Assembly (NCBI GenBank): GCA_013265495.1
Contig: MU058781.1
Coordinates: forward strand, 9,777,009 to 9,841,008
Reading direction: 5' to 3'
DNA length: 64,000 nt
Source of the DNA: Vicugna vicugna
Lineage: Eukaryota
The notes under the pieces are model-generated. The model was not told the origin of the DNA and made no database searches. It saw only the letters and a program-made list of their open reading frames with translations. Of this stretch, positions 15,291 through 28,614 are shown piece after piece; position 1 is the first letter of the stretch; every line of letters begins with the position of its first letter. The position numbers were made by a program, and so were the translations under genes.

Positions 15291-18200
15291 ATATTCTTCT
15301 TTTGACTTAATGCAATTAAGTGGGACAAGTGGCTCTGAGTCTTAGAATCGAAGAATCATGTATAAACGGAGCAGAATAAGTCTTAGTGCCAATTCATATA
15401 GAGCTTTCTTGAAAAATCCCCCCCACGCCCCGGATTAGGCCCACCTGGCTCCCATCTCACTGGTATGGTGTGTAAGCGTAGCTGTTTTTAAAACATATGT
15501 TATCTTTTCCACTTGTCCATGCGTTACTTTCTAAAAGTCTTTCAGTGCCTCATTTGTCTTCCCTATCTTTCCTACCCGAGTAGGTTCTAATTACTGCAGA
15601 AGATTACTGAGTAGCGGATTCGCAGCTGGCTACCCACTGGGCATTTTGGGACGAGGCTGGGAAGGAGTCATTCCAATGTTAGAGTTTTATTTTCAGGGAA
15701 TTAGAAAGCTTTCCAGTTTCAAGGGTCCTTCAATATGAATATTATCTTAGGAATGGACGCTTTTTAATTATTTGTTTGATTCGTGATCAGCTGACCATCT
15801 GCTTAGAGTAAGACAATGAAGGGATAGTAAACAGGGATGGATTCAGGAAAAAGAATGAGAAAGTCTTGGAGAAAGTGGACAGATGTTGAAAGAGAACATT
15901 ACTTATGGTCTGTTTAGGTTTGGGGTCTGGCTGGCTCTGTAAAGAAATGGATTGTTTGCATTTTATTTCCATTCATCCACTGTGCTTTACAATGTGTGTC
16001 TTATTTGAGTGGTGAAAGAGACTGCTGACTTACTGCTTGTTATTACTGGGTAGTGATGCTTTGGTTCTGGTATTTGATAGAGTCTAGGAGGGGCTCTTGA
16101 GTGTTATTTCTGTGATTTGCTAACGTAACTAACATTTTTGATGGTTTCTGGTGCAAAGTCAAGGAACTACGAGAAAGTAAAATTTAGATGCACTTGGACA
16201 AAACCTTAATTTATCTCCTCTCTTCTGTCTGAATTTCCCCTTTACTTACTCATCTAGTTCCATGTTTTTGGATGCCTTTCTGACTCTTTCGTCTGCCTCC
16301 TTCCCTATGTCTATTTAAGGCCCATTTCTTTTCCCACATCTCTCGCATTCTTTGCTTCTTTTCACTTGACAGAGCCCTCTTTGATTTTCTTTTAGCTTCA
16401 TAATAATATTCCTACCTGTCTCTGGACTGCTGTTTTTTCTCTACTAGTCCCACACTCCCACAACCCTTCAAACCAGGTTAATGTTTTTATTTTCCAATTC
16501 TGGACATACTGCTCTCTCCTACTATAATTTTCCGGTTTCCTGTTGCCTTGTAGAATAAATACAAACTCTCCAAATTGGTATAAATGATCCTCCACGATGT
16601 GAAAAACATCCTTACAAGATTTTCCCCATTATTACCCTACAGTAATGAGTATAACATATCATGGGAGCATACTAAAGAGAGATATCACATGTCTCTTTAA
16701 AAAAATAAACATTTCTTATGTTTTGGTCACACTTGATTATTCACTGATACCTTAAAATGCTGTTAAGTCTTACTATCTCAGTTCCTTTTGCCCAGGGTAT
16801 AGGAGATACATCATAAAATGATTCTCAGTGAATTGGCAGATGGGCTGTCTTCCTATTTTTGCCCATCAGTATCCCATCACAGCTCCATCATAAAGCCACC
16901 ACAATTGTGTCATTCCAAAAAAACCTCCTTGTTCTCCCATCTAGGTATCTTCTAGCTGTCCTTTAATTCACTGTAGCACTTTGTTTGGCATCACCTCTTA
17001 TGCTGACTTTTCTCTTTCATATAATATAGTAATTTACATGTTTATGCCACCCTCTCTCCACAGTTTGAGAGCCAACTTTTGGAAAGTTGAGTTTTTTGTT
17101 TTAACCTCGATATAAGTTCTTGTTGTATCCATCACATGCGATTTGCTCATCTGTGAGATCTGTGAACTTCCAGGGTTTTCGTTTGTCTGTGTCTGTTTGG
17201 TAACCACTGCTACTGTTCTTACTATAGCAGGGCCATTTCTTCACATGTAATCTTACATGGAAATCTGTAAAGAGGGAAACAGTAGACTCACTCTGGTTGG
17301 CAGGGGAGTGATTGTTATATATTTTCCAAATATCCTCTTTTCAGCTACCCCTTGCTGACTCTACAGAACACCTATGGCTCTGCTCAGTATTGTCTGAAAT
17401 CTCCAGTATTCAGTTTATGTCACAGTCAATCAGGGAGAGGCCTTTCAATATCACCACCTCGGTTGTTTTTCTGAAGTCTTAAGTTTATGCTTGAAATAAA
17501 CTTTTTAGGAGAAGAATACATGGAGGTGTGTGGGGGCTAGTGGTGAATGTATGTTTCCTACAACTGCATTGTCCCCCTTATTGCCAGATTTCACCTCTGA
17601 TAAATACCATCCTCTCTGTTGGAAATATCTCGACATTGACGGAAAGTTAAGTGGGTAACACAATAGAATTAGATATTTCCAGCAATAAATGAGTTAGAAA
17701 GTGCATACAGGTTTTTTCTCCCCCCATAGTCTTCTGCCTTTTAAAAGAAGAAAGCAGAAATATGAGAGAGCTGACATTTTGCATGCATGCAGGAGCAAAG
17801 GGAGGGGTTGATAGATTGGTTTGGGGGAGAGTATTCTGTTGTGTTCTGAAAGGTTTGGGTCATCACAGCTAGAGACAGGAGCCTCTTAGACTGAATAACC
17901 CTGGCTCTGAAGGAAAAGGTTGGTTTTGCAGGACAGTGTTCCTATACGTGTGTGAAAGCTTTCTTTGTGTGACAAAGACAATTTTCTTGCCTTGAATTCT
18001 GATCCTAGGAGGTGTCCAGTTTTGTTCATTTCTAGAGCTATGGCAAGTCAATTAGTAACAGTAAAGAATAGTCCTAATACAAGGGAAAATTGTAGTAAAG
18101 GAAGAGAGGAGAGGAAATGGAAGTAAAAGGAGAATAAGAGATGATATTTGCTCTTAGGGGATAAAAATGAAAGCAAATGTATTTGGGTCTTCACCAAATA

Positions 18201-19414
18201 CAGTATTCTAATAGCATCTTATCCTTCACAAGCCAAGGCTTGTACTTCTTTTTCCTTCCTTCCATTTCCCTCCTCTTTCCTTTCTCTTCATCCTCCTTCC
18301 TGTCTACCTTTTAATTTTGTCTCCATCAGGATGTTGGATGGGCTATTTCCCATTGCCTGTTGCCTAGGGATTCCTGCCAAAGCCTTAAAGATGCTGCAGA
18401 GACAGCCTGGCAATACCACTGCCTTCCCAGGAGAGCTAGCAGAGATTGGGCCTCATTCCAGATTGTGCAGAGGCAGTTGAACAAGCTGAGCTACACTAAT
18501 CCAGTCACCTCTCTCCATCTCAATAAACAAGGGACTAAGTAGATGAGGAGGCTTTTGCAATTCAGGGTCCTTGTAAGGAATGTTTCTAAGGCCAACAATC
18601 TAATTGACAAAGATAATTACTCATTGGTCCAAAAGAAGGAGAGAATGGCACCTCACTCCTCAGATGAATGTCTTTTTATGAATCCAACTTTCTGTGTCTC
18701 TGTGACCAGAAAGACAAGAGAATTGTCCTGCGATCCCAGGATGGGGTCAGATGCACGCCAGTATTATTGCCATTCAGTTGTTTGGAGTGGTTATGGTGTA
18801 TGACTTTCCTGTGAGAGAGCTAGTAGACAGCTGACCTTAAGCCAGGTAATTCTCTCCAGTAGGGTATTTGTAGAGTGAGGGCCCAGCAGCAGAGACTGGG
18901 AGGTGCCAGAATGTTTCCCCTGGTAAAAAGAAAACAAACAAAAAACTATGCAGTAAGTTATTCCCGACTGGTGAACGTCCTGGAAAATCACAAGGTGCCC
19001 CACAACAGAGACACTTGTCACTCCCAGGGAATTCCAGATGGGTCACTGTTGGCTGTGAGAAGACTGCAGTAGCTCTACGTAAGTCTGTGACGTCAGGGTG
19101 TTTCCGTCTCTCCTTATCCTCTGTCCCATTCCAGCACAGCCAGAGGAATGAGGATCTTGATTAGGGAGGGAGAAGAAGCCTTGCAGAAATTAACTGCATC
19201 TGCTCTCCCTGGGAGGTTCCTTGAGCCTCAGTAGAGGAGAGGAACACATTAAGTAGGTCGAACGTGAGATGGAATTGAAACTTGACTGGACTGGGCTTGT
19301 GAAACCCAGAGGGACTAGAACGTATGAAATATGTACAAGATGGCACTGAGTTGATAGGAATCCAGCAGAGCATGGCTGAAGGCAGGGAGGATAAAGCCAT
19401 TTCACGTTTGTGTT

Positions 19415-19715
19415 TGCTGTGGTCTTTGGGTCCCCCTTGAAATTTCATGTTGAAATCCTAACCCCCAAGAGGTGATGGTATCCATAGGTGGGGCCTTTGC
19501 AAGGTGATTAAGTTATGAGGGTGGAGCCTCATGAATGAGATTAGTGCCTTTATATATGAGGTGCACAGAGCTCCCTAGCCCCCTTCCACCATGTGACACC
19601 TCAGTGAGAAGTGTGAGACCGGAAGAGGGCCTCCCCTGACCATGCTGTTGAAATCAGTGTCTGTTGTTTGTCAGTCTCTGGTACTTTGGTAGAGCAGCTC
19701 GGAAAGACTACGACA
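19415..19715 (+). mobile_element. MLT1A-like MaLR solo LTR, about 0.4 kb beyond the PRL polyA site
   Basis: TG..CA ends; TTCATGTTGAAATCCTAACCCCCAA..GGTGGGGCCTTTG..ATGAGGGTGGAGCC..ATTAGTGCC; ends GACTACGACA. Confidence 0.85.
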
Positions 19716-20120
19716 GTATCCTAACAATTTTTAGACAGTTCAGTAAAGCTCATGCTACTGGGGTCCATGGCAGTTTCCTAGCACTTACCTTTTCTGTCCT
19801 AACGCTGTAAAAGTTGGCTGACAGTATGTGGCCGGCTTTCATAAAGAATCCTGAGAATTCAGTCTTCTTGGGAGCATGACTAGCATGATTAATAATTACC
19901 TAATTCTTTGAATCTAATGACTTGACCCATCATAATTTGCGGTGATTCCAAAATAAGCTGTTAATAGTCTTATTTGTAATGCTAGCCTCTGCTGTTTGTG
20001 ACAGATTTTAATAGGAACTTCTCAGTGGTAGGGATGGATTTTCTTGTGATTGTCTTTGAAATGAAGAGCAGAAACTTTGATAAATTGTCTTTAGATTTTG
20101 ACATCTCTACAGAGTCCATT

Positions 20121-20126
20121 TTTATT
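20121..20126 (-). terminator. PRL: PRL polyadenylation signal (AATAAA)
   Basis: tttatt on the plus strand, about 120 nt past the stop codon, consistent with the short PRL 3'UTR. Confidence 0.85.
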
Positions 20127-20244
20127 TTTTGAGATGAGACCCATTACAGCTAAGCATGCATTAGGAAGCTATAAAACTAAAAGAAGGTTGCTATGGGATG
20201 GATCATTAGGAACTGTCTCAGAAATGGACGGAATGGATGTGGGC

Positions 20245-20436
20245 TTAGCAGTTGCTGTCGTAGATGATTCGGCACTTGAGGAGCTTGAGATAATTGTCGA
20301 TCTTATGTGAATCCCTGCGTAGGCAGTGGAGCAGGTTATAAAAAGCAAAAAGGCGAGTGTCTTCATCAGCCATCTGCAGGGATGGAAGTCCAGACCACAC
20401 AGAGTAGATCTCATTTTCCTTGACTCCAGGATGAAC
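20245..20436 (-). CDS. PRL: PRL exon 5 coding part (mature residues 137-199 + TAA)
   Basis: Acceptor gatatag|GTT; contains the GH/PRL family signature [18 protein letters not shown]; stop at 20247-20245. Confidence 0.98.
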   Translation of the reverse strand, partial: VHPGVKENEIYSVWSGLPSLQMADEDTRLFAFYNLLHCLRRDSHKIDNYLKLLKCRIIYDSNC

Positions 20437-23400
20437 CTATATCACCCAAAAGATAATGACTTATTATTACTTTTATTAGTATTTGCTTATCTTTGATCCT
20501 TCTGATTGTCACATTAAGATTTGGGGAAGACACCATGAATGCAAAACTCTCTAGATGTGGATTTTTTTTTTTGAGTCACTGTATCAGAAATCTACCAGTA
20601 ATCTAAAAATTAGAAGCAGAACTCAAATGTAAGTTTTCTTCAATGTATGTGATCACAGATGCAGTCTGCTTGGACAGGAGTAGAAAGATGGGGAACCAGA
20701 AAGTTGCTGTTTGAATGTAGATATGAGTGTGATAAAGGGACACAATTCTGTCACTCGAGGACTATTGCTTGTCCTGAATCTTGTCTCTGATGTACATGTT
20801 TAACTGTATTTCTTCTGAAAGGTCACCATCATTACTTTTATCTGTCCCCTCTTTGAATGGATACCGTTCCCTGTATAGCATGTGTATTAAAGGCCTTAGA
20901 AATGATGAGGATTGTACTAGGTGGTTTAAGGGGCGTATAATCTAATGATGACTGTGACTAAGAAGTTCTGCTGAAATAGTCAGGAGATGTTCACAATCTA
21001 GCCAGGACATATAACCCCCTAATTTCCATGAAGAATATGTGCTTTCTTTTGATGTCTCTGGGCTGGGAGGTACTGGAAAAAATACCTATAAAAAGGGGGT
21101 GAGGGATCGGTGGTAGGGTGGGGAACAAGACTGTGATAACAAAAGAACCCTAAGCAGCATGAGGGAGGAACTCCATACGTCTTCATACTGATGAACCTTG
21201 ATTAGTGTGCTGGGAATCCCTGGAGAACCACGAGACCAAGTCACCAGCTTGGGAGCTCTGGATGTCTGCTAGTTGGAAGGGCTTCTACGTACAAATGTGG
21301 GATAACTGTAGACCCTGATTTGCTAAACTAACTTTCTCCTGCAGAGGACAGATATATTTTAAACCTGAGATTCCTTATTGGAATTTGAAGTATGTGTGTG
21401 TATATGTGTATGTTGCCTTGCTTTATATTTATTTTTTAATTTTTTGTGCTCGAGCCCTAAGACAAAATTTACTGTGCAAAAGGCAAGGATATGAAGAATA
21501 AATAAGTAACCAGTGAAAAATAACAAAATGCAGTATTATGGAACAGATGAGTGGCCTCAAAAAGTAGTCCCACAGGAATGAAAAGAAAAAAACAACTTGA
21601 AAATCTAGGTGTTGATTTCGTACGTCCCAAGGTTAAAATGTGCTTTGTATTTGTGTTGGATATATTCTTCTCCCCTGAAAATGACAAAAATGACACACAA
21701 TAACATGTACCTTGTGCACAATAAGAGAAATATTAAAGTGCTCCTATTATGCATATAATCATAGTTTTCTTGAGATGATACATTATTTCTGAGATCTTCA
21801 GGAAGCTGTTTAGATGCTACCTCACTCCTGTTGAAATTATCCCATCTAAATGGAGATATTGCAAATATTAACTTAGTCTAAGTATGAGAAATTACTTGGG
21901 GAGACTAAATGCAATGATAAAAGTTTTGATTTTGGGATCCCAAAAAAACCCCCAAAATTTAGGATGGGGAAAACTTTCTGTAAATTATAAAAAAAAAAAA
22001 AAACTGAGAAAAGAAGCATCCCCATCTTTTGTGACCCACTGAAATCTAGTGCTTGTGGGACAGCATTCATGCTATAGCCTCATCTTTCAGTCTCCTTCCT
22101 TCCCTGACAGATATATCTCCAGCAGAGAGGAGAGGCTTGAGAGGAAGAAACACCGTCCAATCTGATTTTGATTCTCTCTTTTCTCCCTTCCATTCTCATC
22201 CTTGGGTTTGGGGCGGACAGAGAAAGAAGATGAGGGAAGAGTCTCAATAGCAGATGTCTTGAGATGCTCTGAAGGAGACATTTATCTTGCAAATTCTGTT
22301 CTGTGGTTTTCTTTCCCTTGAACGTATTTCAAACACTTGTCCCCAGGAAGAGGCAGGCTTTTGGTGGATTTGTGTGCAGTGTAGGGAAGGCTGCACCTGT
22401 CAAAAATCTTGGTAGAATCCTAAGACTCACTTACAAAAGGATCTATCATTGTGAATTACTTGGCTCTTGCTTTATTTAATAGCAGCCAAGAATGTAGAAT
22501 GCCTGCATCTTGTTTCTGCAAAGTGAGATATTTCCGAACTCATTCCTCATCACAGAGATCACCTGTGAGGAAAGCAAGGCCGCGTCAGGAGGCTGCTCAC
22601 CTGGCCGACTATCTTCTCCATGCCTTCTAGAAGTCGTTTGTTCTGTTCTTCAATCTCTATGGCTTTTGAGAGGATAGCGTCTGGGGCCTCTTGCATACCC
22701 CGCACTTCTGTGACTAGATGGTACAGGGGGTCATTCCAGGAGCGCAGCACTCTGAGTACCAGGTTCAGAAGGTCTTCGTGCTGCGCAGCCATGGGAAACA
22801 ATCGCAATAAATAAGCCCGATGCAGTGGATTCAGTTACGTGTGATTTTTGCTCAGAGAGGCTGACCTAAAATATCTTTGTTATTCCTGTGTGTTTGCAAA
22901 AATTTTTGAAGGTGATAAAGGCTGTCAAAATATAAAATGTAAGCTATGAGCTTACAGTTTGCTAAAATTAAGAAAGAAAAGTCTGGCTTATTTAAATAAC
23001 TAATTCTTTTAATGAGTTCTAATTTATAACATGAAGAATTTTGTCTTTCCATCTTTAATTCTACCATCCGGTCCCTCAGTGGATTCTCTTCTATGTGACT
23101 GCTTTGCTTGTCCACGGAGGGGAACCTGAGCACTTTGTTGGAACTGTATGTGCCGATGGACCCTGACTCGGGAAAGATAGAGTCCGCCAGTGTCAGGGGC
23201 AAAGAACCCACATCACTGTCACTCAAAGATTGATTCATATCAGTGGATCAAATCATTCATTAATGTATTCGTTTTTGATTGGTAGCTTTATTTTATGAGA
23301 TTAGGACAAAGAGATAACAAAGAAGACATGGCATTTGTAAATGGGCTTTCCTCAGTCTATGCCGACACCGGTCCCCATGCTGCTACCAGAGCAGTCTATG

Positions 23401-26400
23401 TTGTTGACATAGGTAGATGAGAACAATTGCACAGTAGCAGCATTCATGGAATTCACAGTGGAGGGTTTTGCCCCTTACTACCAGGATCAGGCATGAAATG
23501 CCAAGGGGCTTATCATCTGTGATTTAACATGCTTGCTTTCCTGGTGTCCACGTACTAGTCTAGTGGTAAAGGAAATGAAGAATGGAAAGAAATTGCATAG
23601 ACATTGCAGTGGAAACATGACTAGGATATGAAAATAAGGAGCTGGAAGGGAATGCAGACTGCATAGTGAGTGGCGGTTTGCTAGAGGCATGGTAGCATAA
23701 CGGTTAAGAGAGTTCTGAACTGGATAAAGCCTACACTGACTACTTGCTACCCACGTGACTGGTGCAAATTCTATAACTTCTCTGAGCCTTGGTTTCCTTA
23801 CTTCAGTATGGGTAATACCAGTACCTAGGTGATAGGATTTTTTGTGAGGATTAAATATAGTAATGCACATCACATACATTGTATGGCAGTGTAGTAGCTC
23901 TCAATAAATGTTAAATTTATTAAAAAAGTTTTCTCCATCTTCACCTTCTTCCTTCATTTTATTGTCATCATCATCCTAATTATTTATGAGCTTAATAGAC
24001 AGAATGCTGGTGTCATTAGCAAAGTCTTAGAGAACAGACTGTATTTAAGGGAGAGATATATGTGAAAATATTTAAGTCATGTTAAGGCTGTGGTTGGGGC
24101 AGAGAATCAGAAGGGAGAGATGATGATAAAAAAAAAAACGAGCTAGGATGAATGATCAGAGCTTGATGTGCAGACTTTGTTGTCATCAAAGGAGAGGCCA
24201 TGGCTGTAGCTGTGAGAAGCGAAACAATATTTTTTAGGACCTGATTTAGGGGGAGACTTACAGTTAAGAATAAGAGGTGACAGAGGAGTCAGTGAAGAAT
24301 GAAGAAAGAAGTAGGTGTCAGAGAAATAGAAATAGAATCAGGAGAACCTTGAAAATTAGAGGAGATGGCTCGAGTGGTGCAGGGGTCTGTTGTGTTAAAT
24401 GCTGCTCATGGAGGAGTCACTGGTAACAAGGAATAAATGAACCTGGGTTTGTATTTCTCACATATCCATGAATTTTGAAAATCTAATGTTTTATACATGG
24501 AAGTCCAGTGTGGTTCATGCTTTCACACAGTATAATATATGCAATCCTCAGTCTACTGCATGGATTAAAATAATGCATGGACAATTTGTAGATCTGTTAC
24601 TTGTTTGGCTGCTACACGTCTTTAGTCAGCACTTGATTTTGCTCATACTTCGTCAGCTACATAGTGCAATTTCTCTTTGCTCATTCTTCCTCCACATTTA
24701 TCTGCATGTGCAGTTAGCTTTACCTGATACAGAGCAGTTACTGTTACCTGATAACACTGCCGCTAGTAATCTGCAGCCTGGTAACACCTGTGTACTATTT
24801 CATTTGGGTGAAAAACTCAAACTCACATGGATCTGTTGGGCTTGCTCTTTGTCTTCAGGGGTGGAGAGAGAAGAGGTGTGGCAACTATTGATGGCTTTGG
24901 TCATGAATCCTCTGCCCTGGGCATACCGTTTGTCCTGAAAGTGGTCAAGCAAGTGCAATTAGTTAGAGTCGTTTGGGTATTGAATGAAATGAACCCACTA
25001 CCAGAATATGGACACATTTGATAGATGTGTAATTTTTAAAATGAGAGCTGCACAAAAAGTCATTCTTTTTCCTACTTTTTCTTTCCATTATCTGTATAAA
25101 CAAATTTTTTTCATCTGACGTTTCTATCCCTTCTTTGCTATTCCCTTTTTTAATTTCCCCCACCCACAAGTTATTATTTGGCTAGCAAACACTAAAAATA
25201 CACAAAATATGAAATGTTAAATATTTTATTCAGTATCTTTTTTTCAGTATTTGAACTAAGTATAGTGCATATGTACCTATATTTAGCCATTTAATCTCTT
25301 GCTTACTGTGTGCCAGAAAAATATGCTCCCTTAACAGAAATTATAAGATTATAACTTTTCTTTGAGTCCACACACCTCTAGCTTAATGTTCATCTTAGAT
25401 GCAGAATACAGTTTTGTGACCCAAACGGTAAGTCAGAAAAACATGGCATAAAAATCTAAGAAATACTAAGCAATAGACTGAGAGTAAGAATAGACAAATC
25501 TAGCTGACACATTAATAGAGAAAAACTGAACTTCAGCAAAATATGTGAAAATTTAAAGAGATTACTTGGAGGATTTGGAAAAAAAGGCCAGTCAAAAAAT
25601 GGAGAATGAAAGAAAAACTAGTGAGTAAAAAGAACTACATGAATATACATTTACTACAAACACTGAGCCACATATTTTATGAGCTGTCTGCTCTACTGCC
25701 TGCTCTTTGATTGACCTAAAAAGAGTTAACATACAACTTGCAAAGTACCTTCATGAAAAACAGTAATTGTTTCCAATTAAAAACTTAATTAAAGGAAATT
25801 AAAAAAAAATTAGTACACTCTTGAAGAATCTTCGAGATTTCACAAAACTGACCCTTTCTTCTGCATCTTATGAGCTGATGCATTCTTCTACCCATAAGGT
25901 GTATTATTTGAAATTTGGCTGTTGTAGCTTTCTTGTTTAGAGTGTGGTGTAGCCCAGCCACTCACATGAAGGTTCCTTCTGGAAAGAAGCCAGAAGTGTG
26001 GTACTTACAAACTCATTGAACATTTCCGAGGAGAGGTTATGGATGTAGTGGGACAGGATGACTGCGCGGTCAAACAGGTCTCGAAGGGACACCTGGCAGT
26101 TGACAGCCCCGCTGGGACAGATGGGCAGGGAGGCCACGCTCTTGCACAAGAGCAGATTTGACACCAGCAGCAGCAGGAACAAGAGCGACCCTGCTTAAAT
26201 AGAAACAGAGCCACTCTGAGATGATCTGTTCAGCTGAGGTTATCAAAAGCCGTCCTGTCCAGGGAACCCTTATCTCTCCCGTTGCCCTCAGCATGATTTG
26301 GTGCTGTAATAGCTGGGGCGTGGAAGAATCAACACCTTCCACTCTGTAAATTTAGATACATAATTATATTTGCACAAATATACAGTTTAAGAAGTAGGTT

Positions 26401-28523
26401 GCTCCCTGCATTTTTGTATTGTTCCCAGAAGTGCTTCTGTGCTTTGCAAACATTTGGAGCTTAAATTAATTCTCAGCCAAAGTGTTTAGGTCATTCTCTT
26501 AAGATAGTTTAATGTGTTGGGAGTTTCTGCAGATTTCAGCAGCCCGGCTCGCTAGGAGTTGTCATTTTTTAACTCTGTGTTGACTACCATTTGCATTTTA
26601 GACACTGAAACAGCCAGAAGAGAACAGTTGATCTTTCTGGTTTACCTTCATGCCTGATAAGAATAAACACATGACAGATTGATTGCTAATATTGAGTTCA
26701 AAGAGAAGTCTAAGATACAAAGGATGCTGTAGCCTAGATACGCTAACTCACCTTTATAACCCTTTTATATTTTATACATTTATTGTATTTTATACGTTTC
26801 CTTGATACTTTGCCCAAAGCTTTAAAATTTTTAAAAAATTGTGTTTGACAATAACCCTGTGAGATAGCCTTGACCTTCATTATTATCATCAAATTATATT
26901 AATGAAATAAGGATTAGGGTATGTGATTTCCCCTAAGTCCCATTATTAGCAGGTGGAGGTGGCTCGACGCCAGTACTGTTATCTTTTCACTTCCTCATGT
27001 CACATCACACATGTGTGTGGGCTCTGTCTGCATATGTGTAATAGGGACCATGTCACTATCTGTGAAGACTCATAGTTTGCAGAGATCATTGCAATTACTT
27101 GTAAAGAACAATGTTTTGCCTTTGATTACATGATTAACAGTGACCCTAGAAAGCTGATTTTATCTTCTTGTTCATTTTTAAAATCTTTGACAGTTATCAG
27201 AGATGATCTAGCCACCAATTTGGTATCTTAGCAGATGGACAGATAGGAACCACAAAAATAATTATTTATACTTTCAAAAGGAAAGAAACAATGTATTAAA
27301 ATCAGTTTTTAACTTCAGACTGCTCCAAAGGAATATTTAATATGAAAATGTGTTTATCAGAAAGCTAATTTCCTGTGGAATCTTCAATATATGTAATTGG
27401 AAGTGTCCAAGATAAAACTGGGGAAGTGCTAAGATTTGTGGTTAAAAAAAATACCTAACCCTAAATATCTAAAAATATCTTAAAAAATGATGTAGTATAG
27501 AGTGTAACTAATCAGCTTTTAGCTGCAAAGTAAAAAATATTAATGCTGTGAGATGATTCATGTAACAGACTTAATTTTTCAAAAACATGTTGTTTCCAAA
27601 GAGTTTATTTTAGGTACGCTGTAGTCATGTAATAGCTGATTAGGTGTCTTATCTCCAAGTATAAATAAAGAGTGCTTTGCAGATAGAGAAATTGGAACAT
27701 TAGTTCTAGGAAATTCATAACTGGATAGATATTCTTTAACTCTGACTACATTTATCTGTACCTTCATTATCTGAAGGATTTTCACAGTCCAAAATGAGAT
27801 AAAATAAATGTTTTTGTTGTTTCATAAAATAAATTTTATGGTTGTTACTAATTTCTTTTTCTTACAAATGTCAACCAAGAAAGTGAAGGCAATTAGTTAT
27901 TACTAGCCTGTTTTTCCTTTTAAAATGTTATTTGGCTTAAACCCAATCAACAAAGTACTGTAGGAGACAACTTTGCTATCATTGTCTATATTATGGCTGC
28001 AGAGTTAAAAGTTTTATCAGGCTGACTCATCTTGGCCAAACCACATAAGAGGCCTGGGAACTAGAAAATGTTAGTTTCTGCCTTCTAGAGTTTTGATCAA
28101 TTAGACTCGGAGACACTTCTGGTCTTATTTCAGTCCCGAGTTTCTCAACTTTGGCATTATTGGCATTTTTGAGCTGGATCATTCCTTGTTCTGGGGGCTG
28201 TCCTGTGCATTGTAGTATATTTAGCAGCATCTCTGACCTCTATGCCACTAGAGACCAATAGCATCCTTCCCTGAATTAAGACAACCAAAAACATCTCTAG
28301 ACTTAACCAAATGTCTCTGGAAGGTCCTCTTCTCCTGTGCCCTCTATACAGTTGCTTTCTGATTATGATTAGATCAATTTTGTAAACTGTGTAATCATGA
28401 AACCTCCTGCGAAGAGAGTATTAGCTAAAATTTCAAAGTAATACCCCCGCGGGAGTGTTGATAAAGCCAACAGCTCAGTGAGTTGCTGCACCTACCTTTC
28501 TGTGATGACCCTTTGTTGTCCAT
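20245..28523 (-). CDS. PRL: Prolactin precursor (229 aa), 5 coding exons: join(28523-28496, 26190-26009, 24934-24827, 22780-22601, 20436-20245)
   Basis: Spliced translation: [229 protein letters not shown]. Exons 28+182+108+180+192 = 690 nt. 30-aa signal peptide plus 199-aa mature hormone with 6 Cys and the N31 glycosylation sequon (NLS). Confidence 0.99.
22601..22780 (-). CDS. PRL: PRL exon 4 (mature residues 77-136)
   Basis: Acceptor gcgcag|CAC, donor CAG|GTGAGC; 180 nt, [10 protein letters not shown]...MEKIVGQ. Confidence 0.98.
23683..23922 (+). mobile_element. MIR SINE in PRL intron 3
   Basis: Core TAACTTCTCTGAGCCTTGGTTTCCT..GTGAGGATTAAAT..CTCAATAAATGTTA. Confidence 0.8.
24827..24934 (-). 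CDS. PRL: PRL exon 3 (mature residues 41-76)
   Basis: Acceptor tttcag|GAC, donor CAT|GTGAGT; 108 nt, [10 protein letters not shown]...EQAQQIH. Not in the ORF track; read by hand. Confidence 0.98.
26009..26190 (-). CDS. PRL: PRL exon 2 (rest of signal peptide, mature residues 1-40)
   Basis: Acceptor atttaagcag|GG, donor TTT|GTAAGT; encodes [27 protein letters not shown]...EMFNEF. Confidence 0.98.
28136..28324 (-). mobile_element. MER20 (hAT-Charlie non-autonomous) in PRL intron 1
   Basis: Matches the reverse complement of the recalled MER20 consensus: GTTTCTCAAC..GGCATTATTG..GGGGGCTGTCCTGTGCATTGTAG..TTTAGCAGCATC..GACAACCAAAAA. Confidence 0.85.
28496..28523 (-). CDS. PRL: PRL exon 1 coding part (MDNKGSSQK + G of split codon)
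   Basis: Minus strand CACCACC-ATG-G (strong Kozak); 28 nt, then donor AG|GTAGGT. Confidence 0.97.
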
Positions 28524-28599
28524 GGTGGTGATGATTTCGAGAAACACACTCCACCAGAGATCTGGTAGTCCTGCAGCTTTCTCTTTCCCAGATATTGGC

Positions 28600-28605
28600 T
28601 TTATA
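28600..28605 (-). promoter_or_regulatory. PRL: PRL TATA box; TSS inferred near 28575
   Basis: Minus strand GGCTTATAAAGCCAATATCTGGGAAAGAG, about 80 nt upstream of the ATG; same context as the human PRL promoter as recalled. Confidence 0.9.
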
Positions 28606-28614
28606 AGCCTTTGA

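Noticed and set aside
20098..20414. ORFs 20098-20310 (+) and 20169-20414 (-) resembling a small secreted protein
   Set aside because: Antisense and alternative-frame readings of PRL exon 5.
24468..25021. 156-aa and 64-aa plus-strand ORFs overlapping PRL exon 3
   Set aside because: Antisense shadows of the coding exon plus intron sequence; no independent coding evidence.
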